Origin: an uncultured delta proteobacterium
GTDB taxonomy: Bacteria; Myxococcota_A; Polyangia; Polyangiales; B10-G4
Reading direction: 5' to 3'
NCBI GenBank assembly: GCA_963727445.1
Contig: CAVSGI010000020.1
Coordinates: forward strand, 64,001 to 128,000
Length of the DNA: 64,000 bases
Below the pieces are notes generated by a model that did no database searches, was not told where the DNA came from, and was given only the letters and a program-made list of their open reading frames with translations. Made by a program: the position numbers and the translations under genes. Shown here piece after piece: positions 31,723-43,745 of the stretch (its first letter is position 1; each line of letters begins with the position of its first letter).

Positions 31723-32415
31723 TTAGATTGCGTTCCCGCCCGTCCAGCAGCAGTTCAGGCTGCGCTGGCACGTGTCCGAGCGGGGTCCCCCCCAACAGGT
31801 GCAGTCGGATGCAGTCGGATCAGCACAGCACTCCACCAGCCCTGGTGAGTCGGGACATTCGTCGGCGCAGAGGTTCCTCGGTGTGCCATCCGGAAACGTG
31901 TCGCACAAACATCCTCTGGAATCTGGGCCGCAGACATCGCTGCACGCGCGAGCAGGACGTGCTCGACAATAGCACTCGTCGCCATCGAACGAGCAACGGC
32001 AGATACCTGTTTGAGGGTTGCACCAAGCGAGATACGTATGCGATCCGTCTGGGGAAACAACAGCTCCCCCGCAGTGAGTGCTCGTCGTGTTGTCTGACCA
32101 TTCCTGAGTACACAGGCACGGGCCATCCGGCGTGGCAGTGGCTCCGCACGCCGCGGTCCCGAACCCACAGTACAGGAGTGAACCGCCGGACCAGGACGTG
32201 TCAACCGCTGGAGCGCTTTCGCATGTGACCGCGCCGGCATCGATGCTCCCGTCCGATGCTGCGGCGTCCTCGGCGCCGTCCGGGCGCGCATCGGGCGCAC
32301 TCGTGTCATCCATAGCGCCGGTGTCAGGCGCCGAGTCAAGCGGACTCGTATCGTCCCCCCCGCAACCCAAGATGAATCCTACGAGGAGCCACAGGCCGAG
32401 ATATCGCGCGTTCAT
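31723..32415 (-). CDS. Cys-rich lipoprotein
   Basis: MNARYLGLWLLVGFILGC; ATGA overlap with the upstream gene. Confidence 0.75.
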   Translation of the reverse strand: MNARYLGLWLLVGFILGCGGDDTSPLDSAPDTGAMDDTSAPDARPDGAEDAAASDGSIDAGAVTCESAPAVDTSWSGGSLLYCGFGTAACGATATPDGPCLCTQEWSDNTTSTHCGGAVVSPDGSHTYLAWCNPQTGICRCSFDGDECYCRARPARACSDVCGPDSRGCLCDTFPDGTPRNLCADECPDSPGLVECCADPTASDCTCWGGPRSDTCQRSLNCCWTGGNAI

Positions 32416-33851
32416 CCGTCATCCGCTGGCGGCATGGAGGGCACGGGTTCGACGCCGCCACGCTCGAGGCAGAACACCGGCTCACCCGTTTCCGATGTCG
32501 GGCAGTCGCCTTCGAAACAAGCACCGTTCGGAAGGCAGTCGGCACAGAAGTGCATGCCAGCGGGGCAGCACTGAGCGCCTGGCGCATTGCACGTGTAGTC
32601 GTCGGGACAGCATGTGCCATTCCTCTCACACTGAGTCCCCACCTTACAGCACACGCCGAAGTCGGCGCAGCTTTGGTCAGGGTTGCAGCAGTTGGCGGGG
32701 GTGGAGTCGTCGCCCGGAGAGCCGGGGCAGGGACCGCCGGGGTTGCCCCGAGTTCCCTCGCAACACGGTCCGTTGAGCTGGTCGGCGCACATGTTCGCTT
32801 CAGCGCAGCAGCCGTCCCCACACGCATTCGCTGTGGGACAGCACACCGTCGCGGAATCGCAGGCGAGGCTTCCGGCTAGATTCGGGTCGCTCGCACAGGT
32901 ATTGCCCACCGGGCAGCAGGTGCCGCCGCCGCAGCTGTGATCGCAGCAAAGGCCGCGAGTGGGATCGACGCACGTCGAGTCCCGATGGCAGCACTGGGGG
33001 GTGGGGTTGATGAAGTCCATGTTGTCATCGCACCGTTCAGGGCAGCAGGCCTCGCTGTTCTGGCATTCAATGATCGAGAAGATGTACAAGGCGATGCAGG
33101 CGAGGAAGCCCACCACCAGACAGATCACCTCACACAGGCCGGCAAAGAGCCCGGCACCTGCACAGGCGGCACAGCCTTCGGCGACACCCAACAAGCAGTG
33201 AGTGAGCTCAGTGAGGGCAGCGCCCCAACAACCGGCGCACGAAGCTCCCCCGACGTCGAACCCCGCGACTTGTGCTGCTTGTCCGTTGGTGGGGCACGAA
33301 GGCGGATCCTCGGGCGGGTCGCCGAGGCATCCCCGAAGACTCGCGGCCAGCTGCTGTCCGAGCGAATCGAATCGTTCCTGAAAATCCGATGCCAGCGTGA
33401 CCGCGCGCGGCGCATCGATCGGCGTTCCGTCGGCGTAATGAGTGCTCGGTCGACTCAAGTCGAGAGCGCGACCGCGCCAGGTGGCATACGTGAGCGTGCC
33501 GTCGGAGCCCGCGCCGAGGACCGCGCGTCCGTGACCGACGATGTTCAACGTCGCTTCGACCTCGTCAGGGTAATCCGCCGAGGGCCCCTCGACGTCCAGG
33601 TCCATGATTCCGGTGACGACCATCTCGATGGACAAGGGGCCACGAGGCGGGAGGTCGTACCGGGCATGGTCCCGCCCATGGTTGACGACGACGCGACGAG
33701 GGATCGCCTGACGACCCAGTGGTCCATCATTGATGCAATGGGGAAGTCCGGGTCCATGCGCTTCTCGCGTGCCCCCGTCGTCGTGAAGTCCGCTGGTCGA
33801 GCCCTGGCCGGGGCCATCTGGGACGCATGCCGACACCACGAGCAGGATCAT
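32412..33851 (-). CDS. Cys-rich secreted protein with internal hydrophobic segment
   Basis: VSAC lipobox-like start; many CC repeats. Confidence 0.7.
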   Translation of the reverse strand: MILLVVSACVPDGPGQGSTSGLHDDGGTREAHGPGLPHCINDGPLGRQAIPRRVVVNHGRDHARYDLPPRGPLSIEMVVTGIMDLDVEGPSADYPDEVEATLNIVGHGRAVLGAGSDGTLTYATWRGRALDLSRPSTHYADGTPIDAPRAVTLASDFQERFDSLGQQLAASLRGCLGDPPEDPPSCPTNGQAAQVAGFDVGGASCAGCWGAALTELTHCLLGVAEGCAACAGAGLFAGLCEVICLVVGFLACIALYIFSIIECQNSEACCPERCDDNMDFINPTPQCCHRDSTCVDPTRGLCCDHSCGGGTCCPVGNTCASDPNLAGSLACDSATVCCPTANACGDGCCAEANMCADQLNGPCCEGTRGNPGGPCPGSPGDDSTPANCCNPDQSCADFGVCCKVGTQCERNGTCCPDDYTCNAPGAQCCPAGMHFCADCLPNGACFEGDCPTSETGEPVFCLERGGVEPVPSMPPADDG

Positions 33852-34523
33852 CCACCCGAAGATGGGTATGCCGCCGCTCCAACAAACCCTCGTCTGCCAT
33901 CGTTTGGGTCTGCCAGCCTTGTTCCTAGACAGACAGACAGACAGACAGGCGAACGATTCTTGCGCAGACCCATGGTCTAGGTTTGCACGAGCGAGATCGT
34001 CGCCGTCAACGGTCTCCGGATAGTGTCACCCGTGAGGGGTGACGCCAAAGAGCGATGTGATGAGCTCGCTCTCGAGCTCTTCGTCGTGTTCGCTCTCGCG
34101 GGGGCTTCCGCGTCCGGCGGCGAGCCTCGAAGACGTGACCGTCGCTCGGGTGACGGCCAGCTGTACAACCGAGTCACTGACCGGGCTGGCCTATGGCGTC
34201 GGGGTCGTCTCCTCGCGCGTGACCCTCACGCGGTTCTCGATCGAGTCCGTCGATGTCTGTGGGGCGTTCTTGTGATGGCGTCCAGCGAGCTGGATCTGTC
34301 GAACGGACGCATCGCGTCGACGGCCATCGGCGCCTGCGTGCAAGTGCCCGATTACGATTTCGGCCGCCTCATGAACGATGTTCGCTTCGTGGAGGCACGA
34401 ACCTCGGTGATGGTTGCCCCGCCGATCGAGAGGGCTTCGGTCGCGCGCCGCAGCACCCGGATCCGAATCCGGTCGATCTCTTCTCCCTTGTCCGTTCGCG
34501 AAGACGGCACCACACCCCGTCCC

Positions 34524-35270
34524 ATGGAGTCGGTCGCGGATGGGGTGTGGGTCGACGAGGGGCCGGTGAGCATCGTCGGGATGCCACTCACGTCGACGAT
34601 GACGGTGCTGCGCTTGACGGGAGGGGAGCTCTTGCTCTCCTCGCCGCTCCCGCTGACCGAGGATCGCCGCGCGGCGGTCGAAGGGCTGGGCGAGGTCGCG
34701 CACCTCTACGCGCCGAACACGTTCCACCACATGTGGCTGGGCGAGTGGGCGGAGGCGTACCCCTCCGCGCTCGTTCACGGACCGGCCGCGCTGGGGGACA
34801 AGCGCGCCGATCTCGCGATTGCGCGCGCGCCCGACGCGCCCGGCGCCTCGCCTTTCGACGACGCCATCGCCGAGATCCACATCGATGGCTTCCGCATGGA
34901 GGAGACGGTGCTCGTGCATCAACCGTCGAAAACGCTCGTCGTCACGGACCTCTTCCACAACATCGGGACACCCCCCGAGCGCTGGACGAAGATCTACGCA
35001 TCAGCCATGGGCTTCTATGGTCGCGTCGCCCTCAGTCGCATGCTTCGATGGACCGCGTTCCGCGACCGGGGTGCCGCGCGGCGCAGCGTCGACGCGATCC
35101 TCGCCCAGCCCTTCGAGCGCGTCGTGGTCGGTCACGGGGCCCCAATCCTCCGCGACGCGAAGAGCGCGGTGACCGAGGCAACCCGCTGGCTGCCGGTGGC
35201 GACCCCCGTCGAGCGACGCCTGAGCAGGGGCGAGGGCAGCGCAATCGTCTCGCGCCGCCCCTGCGGCTGA
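34524..35270 (+). CDS. DUF4336-type (metallo-beta-lactamase-like) protein
   Basis: MTVLRL..GELLLSSP...APNTFHHMW...TLVVTDL...VVGHG. Confidence 0.85.
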   Translation: MESVADGVWVDEGPVSIVGMPLTSTMTVLRLTGGELLLSSPLPLTEDRRAAVEGLGEVAHLYAPNTFHHMWLGEWAEAYPSALVHGPAALGDKRADLAIARAPDAPGASPFDDAIAEIHIDGFRMEETVLVHQPSKTLVVTDLFHNIGTPPERWTKIYASAMGFYGRVALSRMLRWTAFRDRGAARRSVDAILAQPFERVVVGHGAPILRDAKSAVTEATRWLPVATPVERRLSRGEGSAIVSRRPCG

Positions 35271-35517
35271 GCTCGACGCTCGCTCACGAACCATGCGCGC
35301 TCGATTCAGCGAGCTCTGACGAGCGCGTTGAACGACACGACGAGGGTAGCCCGCACCTCCTCTGTCGTGAGACCGGACGTCGGTGGAGGCTCCCTTTGGG
35401 TGCAGCTCTCGTTCAAACCTGGGCGTGGGGGTGGAGCTCGAGGCGCCAGACGAGCCAGTCGAGATTGCTTCGGGCGCGTTCCAGCTCTTCTCCTGAAGAG
35501 GAGCGGCGAACGAGCAC

Positions 35518-36930
35518 TCACCGCACCCGCTCGCGCCCCACCACCACCATCACCGGCGGCCGCTCCACCGGCCCGAGCCGCCACGTCATCCGACTCGCGG
35601 GGCCCGTCACCTTCAGCCGCCCGCCGTGCTCGCCGTCCAAATGGTGAAACGCGCAGATGCTGGCCAGGTTGTCGGGCGCGTCGTCCCCGCCGCGGCCGCG
35701 GTACCGCAGGTGGTGCAGCGTGACATCGCGCCGCCTGCACACCGGACACTTGCACCGGTACCCGTCGCGCCGATGAATGTGCTCCCACCGGTCGCTCTTG
35801 CCGAGCCACGGCAGCCAATCCCGCCAGAACTCGCGGCAGATCACCCGCAGGAACACGCCCTCGAGCCCGCTTCGGACAAACGCCACCTCCATCATCCGAA
35901 ACTCGACGAACGCATCCAGCGGGATCCGAAAGCTCACCTCGCGCGTCCGCGGCCCGCGCCCTTTGACTTCACAAAATGAGACGGGCGCATCTTCGTCGAC
36001 CGCGCGCCGCAGCCGCTCACCGCTCAGCACCGCCCGCTCCTCCGCCTCGAAGTGCGCGACCTCCGCGTCGTTCGGCGGCCAGACGCCCGTCCGCGCCCCC
36101 GCCACACCCCGCACCCCCGCGCGCCGCTCCGCGATCTCGACCTCCTCCGACAGGTGCGCGAACGTCCGCCGCACCGTCCGATCGAGCCACGGCTCCACCG
36201 TGCGCGGGTCCGCCACCCGGCCCACGAGGAGCGCCGCCGCCTCCGACGTCTGCCCGCGCCGCAGCGCGACCCCGATCTCCGGCAGCCGCTCGGCGTCCGC
36301 CGCGAGACGGATCCGCCGCATCACCGTGGCGCGCCCCAGCCCCAGCCGCTCGCGGATCCACTGCTCGAAGCGGCCGCAGCCCAGCGCCTCCCAGCCGCGA
36401 CGCCGCTGCATCGACCGCCTCGATGAACGGATCGATCCCCGCATTCTGAAACGTCGACGTCGCCTCACCGACCACCGCCTCGATCCAGCGGCTGCCCACC
36501 TCGCGCCCCTCGATGTCATCGACGAGCTTCGAGGTGACCTCGCACTCCCAGAACGTGTCGACGTCCACGCGACGCGTCACCGTCACCATGCGCTCGTCGT
36601 CGGCCTCCCGCATCGCTTCGTCGCGCTCGTCGAGGAGCTCGGTCATCTCGCGAAGCGTGCTCCGGCGCGCCGCGGCGAGCAGCACCGGCTCGTCCTCCGG
36701 CGTCGCCCGCCGGCCGAGGAGCTCCGCCATCTTCCATGTGATGTCGCGGCGGGCGAGCGCACGTCGCGTCTCGGGCAGCTCCCGAAGACGCGCCGCCACA
36801 CGACGCGACTCGTAGAACCACGCCGCGCTCGCGCCGAGCTGCTCCCGCGCATACGAATGCACGTCGGCGAACCCGAGTACGTGATGACGCTCAGCGCTCA
36901 AGAACGCGTGCGCGACCTCGCCCCCGCGGG
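35518..36930 (-). pseudogene. DUF222-like HNH endonuclease, disrupted and 5'-truncated
   Basis: RDGYRCKCPVC...HHLRYRGRGG....NLASICAFHH; N-terminal half is in another frame (junction near 36400). Confidence 0.8.
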
Positions 36931-37382
36931 GTGCCCGGCCACGTGTTTTGCTCCACCCCCGCCATCCGAACCGACCGGCCCGGCGTCGGCCCCCAAAGGT
37001 TCGGTGCACTCGCACTCTTGGAAGAGGCCGTCCATCGCGTCGGTGCACGTGAGCACCATGCCGGTCGCGCTGGCCTCCATGCACGCCTCGACCTCAGGAC
37101 GCGCTGCCTCCGAGGTCGCAACCCCGCAATCGAGGGCGCCACCACGCGCGATGCCGGCCACCACGGTGCCCACATCACATGGACATGACTCGCCGCCACC
37201 GCAGGGGGGAAGGAGGCACCAGCGATCGAAGATGCGCAGGTCACCGTATCTGATCCCGAATCGACTCCAATGATTGGCGGGAGCGCGTATTGGTCTTCCT
37301 CCGACAACCTCGTCATCGAGTTGTACTCGGCGGACCAGACATGCGCTGACCGCCATCCAGGCACTGCTGCTCGACGAGCGGC

Positions 37383-37437
37383 TGTTTCGCCCGCGGTCAG
37401 TCGAAACGTGTTTGAGTCGAGCCGGTTCGCAGCAGTC
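37383..37437 (+). repeat. 55-bp TGTT-initiated IS-end-like stub
   Basis: Two mismatches to 42838-42892. Confidence 0.75.
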
Positions 37438-37647
37438 AAGCGTCGGCGGGGGCTATGGGGATATCGGACTCGTGATCGCCGGTCGCGGTCGCGGAGGTCG
37501 AGGACTGCGGCGAGTGTTCGGGTTTCGAGGGTGCGTTGGCGGAGGGTGGGTGAGCCGGAGTCCGCCGCGCCGGAGCGTTTTGACGTCATCGATGCGGTCG
37601 AGATCCACGCTTTTTGATTAACACCGAGCCGCAGCGTTAACAAGGCC

Positions 37648-38038
37648 TCATCGACGATCCATGCCGCCGAGCTTCGGCGACAGGTCGCGCTTCGTCAGAA
37701 GCGGCGGGCTCATCGGCAATCGGCCCACCGTCTCGGAGCCCTCGATGAAGAGCGACAGCTCCGTCAGCGTCAGCTCGACGCCGCCCTCCTTCTTCCGATT
37801 CCACAGCGGCGCGAAGCGCCCCTTGTCGAGACGCTTCGCGAACAGGCACAGCCCCGTGCCGTCAAAGTAGAGCACCTTCGCGCGCGTGCGATTGCGGCTC
37901 ACGAAGAGGAAGAGATCGCCGCTGAGCACCGAGCGCTTCATCTCCTGCTCGACGAGCGCGCTCAGCGTGTTGAACGACTTGCGCATGTCGCAGGGCTCCG
38001 TACGCCCACGCGACCAGACCGCGGCTCAGCCCGATCAC
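37648..38038 (-). CDS. tnpB: IS66 accessory protein TnpB (frameshift near 37995)
   Basis: DMRKSFNTL...GDLFLFVSRNR..AKVLYFDGTGLCLFAKRLDKGRF. Confidence 0.9.
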
Positions 38039-38370
38039 GACAGCCGAAGCCAGAGCTCGGCGATCTCCGCCGGCGTCATGCCTTCGACGGACAGACCACG
38101 TGGCCCACGAACGATCGGCCCCGGCGTCGGCGGCGCGCTCACGCGAACGGCGACGAGTGCGCCGTCGCTCTTCTTCCGCTTGCGTCGCCACGTCAGCAGC
38201 GTCTGCGCGCTCAGACCAAGTTGCTTCGCCGTCGCGCGATAGCTCCCGCCTGCCGCGCGAAGTCTCTCGGCGACCTCGAGCACCTCCCGCCGAAGCGCTT
38301 CCGGCGTGCCGCCCCGCGGTCCGCGGCCTTCCTTCAATCGTGTGCGCAGCTCTTCGAGATCATCCGACAT
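38035..38370 (-). CDS. tnpA: IS66 TnpA-like HTH protein
   Basis: SYRATAKQLGLSAQTLLTWR; GTGA overlap with tnpB. Confidence 0.8.
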   Translation of the reverse strand: MSDDLEELRTRLKEGRGPRGGTPEALRREVLEVAERLRAAGGSYRATAKQLGLSAQTLLTWRRKRKKSDGALVAVRVSAPPTPGPIVRGPRGLSVEGMTPAEIAELWLRLS

Positions 38371-38461
38371 CGCCGCGCAGGATCGCCGACGCAGCGCGCG
38401 GCGTCAGGACGGGGCGGGGCGAGGAGTTACGGCGGGAGTGGCGGGAGGCCGTTTGTGATGG

Positions 38462-38860
38462 CTATCCACCGATCTCGACGAAGGTACACAACGCTTCACA
38501 CTGGGCGTAGACGTGCCACCCGTAGCGGCGGGCGAGGTCCTGGCAGTCGAGGGCGCAGCGCCACGAGGAGTCGGCCGCGGTCGTGCAGGTGCCCGTGGGA
38601 CGGGCGCCCGTGACGCAGCAGCCCATTTCGTTGGCGCAGCCGCCCGGGCAGACGCGCGGCGACGTCTCGTCGCACACGAAGACGAGCAGCGGTGGCTGGC
38701 CGAGGTCGAGGGCTGGCGGAGCCCAGTCGAGGTGGAATCCGGCGTCGGCGCGATCGTTCGGGGCGGCCGCCAGCTCGACGTGATCGCGCGGCGCGGCGGT
38801 GCAGGCGGCCGCGGTCAGGGCCATGACGACCCCCAGAGACCGCGCCACCACACTGCTCAT
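38462..38860 (-). CDS. Small Cys-rich lipoprotein
   Basis: Lipobox AAAC. Confidence 0.65.
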   Translation of the reverse strand: MSSVVARSLGVVMALTAAACTAAPRDHVELAAAPNDRADAGFHLDWAPPALDLGQPPLLVFVCDETSPRVCPGGCANEMGCCVTGARPTGTCTTAADSSWRCALDCQDLARRYGWHVYAQCEALCTFVEIGG

Positions 38861-38988
38861 GCCTGCTAGGTAGCCGCGGCGTCGCGCATCGCCACTGCGC
38901 TCGCGAGAGCGCAGGGATCCATCGAAGGTGCGCTCGGCCGAGCGCGGCGGGGTCGCCGAAACCCGAGGAGTCGTGCGGCCGAGCCCCG

Positions 38989-39003
38989 TGGCGCGGCGGT
39001 TGC
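38989..39003 (+). promoter_or_regulatory. Sigma54-type promoter
   Basis: TGGCGC-GGCGG-TTGC before AGGAGG and ATG 39031. Confidence 0.6.
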
Positions 39004-39030
39004 TCTACGTCGAGGCCGACAGGAGGTCCG

Positions 39031-40005
<975 letters not shown>

Positions 40006-40053
40006 TTGAGACCGGAGCGTGATCGTCCGCCGGCTCGGGTATGATCCGAGCCG

Positions 40054-40400
40054 GTGACCCTCCCCACTCGAATCGGTCGGTACGAAGTCCTCGCGTTGCT
40101 CGGCGAGGGCGGCATGGGGGAGGTGTTCGCGGCGCGGCTCCGAGCGGAGTCGCGCTTCGAGCGTTTGTGCGCCATCAAGCGGATCCGACCCGAGCTCGTG
40201 GCCGAGGAGCGCTTCTTGGAGATGTTCTTCGACGAGGCACGCACCGCGGCGTGCATCCACAGCCCGAACGTCGTCCCGGTGCTTGACGTCGGCCGTGACG
40301 ACGACGGCACGCCCTTCATGGTCATGGACCTGGTCATCGGGGCCGACCTCGACCGGCTCCCGCGCGGTGAGGGGCTCGCGACGCCCGTGGCCCTCGCTCC
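40054..40400 (+). pseudogene. Ser/Thr kinase N-lobe fragment
   Basis: LGEGGMGEVF...AIKRI...FFDEART...HSPNVV; no HRD/DFG motifs; ends at IS-like stubs. Confidence 0.85.
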
Positions 40401-40442
40401 GCTTTCCAGTTTTCCGGTAACCGTCACGGATCCAGGGAAAGC

Positions 40443-40502
40443 TGATGCCAACGCAAGCTAGAAATGTCCGGTCTTGCGTTAAGTAGAGATGTCCGGTTCG
40501 GG
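40443..40502 (+). mobile_element. IS-end stub with internal direct repeats (ISNCY/IS1202- or IS21-like)
   Basis: TAGAAATGTCCGGT (40459) and TAGAGATGTCCGGT (40484). Confidence 0.5.
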
Positions 40503-40580
40503 CTTCAGGAAGTCGCGTCCACGGCCTCGAGTCGTTTGCTCACGAGAACTCGACGGGATCACCCCACCCGAGCCTTGACA

Positions 40581-40707
40581 CCCCACGAGCTGCTCGACGA
40601 CCGGTCGACCCATTGGACCCGCCTCGTCGACGCGCCCGCTCAGGCGAGCCGCCTGGTCTACGACGCGGTCAATGCCGTCGCTGCGGGCCTCGTCGCGCGC
40701 CCCGAGG
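40581..40707 (+). pseudogene. 127-bp internal copy of the RAYT-like gene
   Basis: Two mismatches to 46662-46788. Confidence 0.92.
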
Positions 40708-40735
40708 CCAAGTTGTCTTCTTCTGGTCGAAGACC

Positions 40736-41077
40736 AGGCGCGAAGATGTGCCGCGAGCAGCCGAGCGTCATCACGAAAAACCACGCGCGGCGTTCGCGGC
40801 CTTCCCTCGGGTCGTAGAGCTTGCCCGCGTAGCCGAAGTCGACCTGGGCCACGTGACCCGGCGGCGTCTCGACGCGGATCGCCACCTCCTCGGCGGTCAC
40901 GCCCCTTTCGCGGCGAAGCCGGGTGCATGCGCGCTTGACCGCCGACAGCGTTCCCGCGAAGTCCGGCTCGGTCAGTCGCAGGTGATCATAGATCGCCGTC
41001 GGACCTACGCCGCGCTCGGCCTGCTTCTTGATCAAGTCGTGCCAGCGCTCAACGCTCGACACCTGCTGCGGCGCCAG
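40736..41077 (-). pseudogene. istA: IS21-family IstA fragment
   Basis: RVETPPGHVAQVDFG...FVMTLGCSRHIF. Confidence 0.85.
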
Positions 41078-41267
41078 CTTCAACACATCGTCCATCACAC
41101 ACTGGAGTAACGGGGGGCTGCTCGCCCCCTCCAGCCCCCTCGGTTTGCGGCGTGTCGTGACGCCGCACTTCCAGAGTCGCGTCTCCGTCGTGGCGGTGCC
41201 GGTGGACGTGCGTGACTCAGTGCGCCGAGCCGGGGCCAGTCAGCGCTGCCGCGAAGCGGCTTGGTTC

Positions 41268-41335
41268 ATCATACCTACTGCGAAACTCGGACGTCCGGTG
41301 AAGGGGTTGGCTTCCGTGGAGGCTGGAAACCGGAG
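41268..41335 (+). repeat. 66-bp dispersed element, copy 2
   Basis: Matches 1632-1697. Confidence 0.9.
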
Positions 41336-41364
41336 GGCTCATCTCCATTTTCGGTCCGGGGGCC

Positions 41365-41970
41365 TTGCGGCTCCGGCGGGGTGGAGTGACAGTCGATCCG
41401 GTGGAACCGGAGACACCTTGGGACCGAGATATGCTCGGTCTTCTCAAGCCGCTGACCATCGTGCAGGCCACCATGGCAGTGCTGGGTGCGCTGCTCGCGA
41501 TCGGCGGCGTGATCGTGGTGCTGACCCAGGAATCACGCGACGCCGTGGGCTTGTTCGTCCCCGCCGTGATCCTCTTCGGGTTCGCGTTCCTGTTCATCGA
41601 GCCGATGAAGAGGTCGCACAGAGCCCAGGTCCGGAGGTTATCGGCGGCGCGCCGGCTCACCGGACCGTGGACGCTCATGACGTTCGAGCCCGAGCGACGC
41701 CTCGAACCGACGCAGGCGAGCCTGCTCACGGGGCACCTCGGCAAGATCCTCGTCTTCCACCCCCACGAAGTCGTGGCGAAGGGGGCAGGCGGGAGCGTGC
41801 GCCGGGCTTATGAGGTGACCGAAGCGCACGGCGATCGCCTGACGGTGGTGGTGCGAGACGACGGCGGGATCGAATACGAGGTGGTCGGCGAACGCAAGGG
41901 CGACGACCTCTCGTTCGAGTCCCTGACTGCACCGTGGCGCGGGCGCGGCGTGCTTCGACGCCCGCCTTGA
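41365..41970 (+). CDS. Hypothetical 2-TM membrane protein (start uncertain)
   Basis: Two hydrophobic segments followed by a soluble domain. Confidence 0.6.
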   Translation: MRLRRGGVTVDPVEPETPWDRDMLGLLKPLTIVQATMAVLGALLAIGGVIVVLTQESRDAVGLFVPAVILFGFAFLFIEPMKRSHRAQVRRLSAARRLTGPWTLMTFEPERRLEPTQASLLTGHLGKILVFHPHEVVAKGAGGSVRRAYEVTEAHGDRLTVVVRDDGGIEYEVVGERKGDDLSFESLTAPWRGRGVLRRPP

Positions 41971-42837
41971 CCGCGGCTCCGCGCCCCGCCGGCACACGCC
42001 TTCGACGAATTTGCCAATGGCTACGACACTGCGGGCGCATGGGGGTGCCCTCTTGCCATTCCGGTGGTGGTTGGTGGTGTTGGCGCACTGAGGGATGCGA
42101 TGAAGCGCTTCGGATGGAGCGCGAACGACGCGCGAATGCTAATGGTCAACTTGTTCGCCCTCGGCGACGCAAGCGATGGGTTTACCGCCTCAGTCGAGTC
42201 GATCGGACAAGTGAGCGACTGGTCCGGATACGGACGGATGTGGTTGCATTGGCCGAACATGAATGCAGGGGCTGGCCCCGTCGATCCGCGAAGGTCGAAT
42301 AGCGTTGCTGTTGCGGATCCAGGCTAGTCCTGCGGGGGTCCACGCTATCGGAAGCAGTCAGAGCGTCCTGTTCCTACGAGTCGGCCGACGAGGAAACGGG
42401 AGAGCCGCGTGCAATCGTGCAATCCTCCTCAACCTGGTGTGGGCAAAGCGGGCTTCCGGAAGGGCTCAGCGAAGCGGTCGCTCTGTTAGGAGCGGGATGC
42501 GCACAGCTCAAGCGGGCGGGAACGCGTCGAATTGCGCTGAATCGCACTTCGCTCCGCGCACGGCCGACAGCGCGCCAAATTGCGCTGATTTGTGGCGCTG
42601 TGGGCCATTTCATCACGGCTCGGCCTACGCGCGACTCGCATTGGCGCGCCAGGAGAAGGAGCACGCGGAAGGGGCAGGCGATGCCCAGCGTACGGTGCGT
42701 CGAGACTCTCCCCACCGTCAGAAGCGAACTCCCTGAACGAGCCGTGGTATCTCGCCGCCGAAGAGTGTGCGAAGGGCGCGCGGGCGTCGTAGTCATGCTG
42801 CTCGAGGACCTCTTCATCAGCAGCGCTGTCGCGAGCG

Positions 42838-42892
42838 TGTTGCGCCCGCGGTCAGTCGAAACGTGTTTGAGTCGAGCCGGTTCGCGGCAGTC
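42838..42892 (+). repeat. 55-bp IS-end-like stub, copy 2
   Basis: Matches 37383-37437. Confidence 0.75.
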
Positions 42893-42926
42893 CGGCGCCG
42901 GCTGGGACTATGAGAGCCCGACGAAC

Positions 42927-43745
42927 ATGAACGTCGCGGCACCCGTGAGGATCACGACTGGCACAGCGGACCGAGCCACGAGTGCAAGACGTGCGGTACC
43001 CTCGCGGTTCGTGGCCTGGCTCCATGCGATGGTCTTACTGGCCGCCTGCGGCGGTGCAAGCGCGCCGGACCCCGTCACGCCCGCGCCCGTTGCTCCGATG
43101 CGCGAGACGGAAGCGGCGCCGAGCACGGGGCACGACGCCGAGCTTCGCGAAGCGGATGCGACCTGGCGTCGCTTCATCGCCGCGATGGCGAGCGACGAGG
43201 CCGGAGCCGCAGAGACCGCCGCCGATCTCGTGACGGCGAGCACGATCGAACACTACGAGCGGGCTCGAGTGGCCGCGCTCCAGGCATCGCGGGAGGAGGT
43301 GGAGTCCATGAGTGATCTGGACCGCTTCACCGTGCTCTCGCTTCGCACCGTCTTCCAGGACGAAACCCTCGCGGCGGCGGATGGCCGAGCGCTTTTCGTC
43401 GCCGTGGCCGAGCGGACGGACCACGCCGACACCATTCTCGAGGCCGCCTTCCTTCGCTACGAGGACGATGCCGCGGTTGCGCGTGTCACGGTGCACGGCG
43501 TCGAGGACACGGTATACGAGGTGCCGCTGGTGCGTCGCGATGACGGGGCCTTCCGCGTCGACATGAAGGCGTTCATGCGCGGGTTGCTCGAAGCAAACCT
43601 CGCACGCGGCGACGAGTCGACACTCGAGATCTTCGAGGGAAGGCGCGACGACATCGAGGGCCAGGGCGCGTGGGAACCGCTTCATGGCGACGACCAGAGC
43701 GCCCCGACTGGAGCGGAGGGCGACCGCGCGGTTCACGTGCGTTAG
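42927..43745 (+). CDS. Hypothetical lipoprotein (start uncertain)
   Basis: VLLAACGG lipobox; Pro/Ala linker. Confidence 0.7.
   Translation: MNVAAPVRITTGTADRATSARRAVPSRFVAWLHAMVLLAACGGASAPDPVTPAPVAPMRETEAAPSTGHDAELREADATWRRFIAAMASDEAGAAETAADLVTASTIEHYERARVAALQASREEVESMSDLDRFTVLSLRTVFQDETLAAADGRALFVAVAERTDHADTILEAAFLRYEDDAAVARVTVHGVEDTVYEVPLVRRDDGAFRVDMKAFMRGLLEANLARGDESTLEIFEGRRDDIEGQGAWEPLHGDDQSAPTGAEGDRAVHVR

Larger units (their letters stand above)
37570..38430 (-). mobile_element. Truncated IS66-family element
   Basis: GTAA terminus at 38430; tnpA, tnpB, then 13 codons of a probable tnpC (MDLDRIDDVKTLR from GTG 37608). Confidence 0.85.

Noticed and set aside
37616..37643. attC-like GATTAAC...GTTAACA
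   Set aside because: Too short, single copy, no integrase seen; it lies in the tnpB-tnpC spacer.
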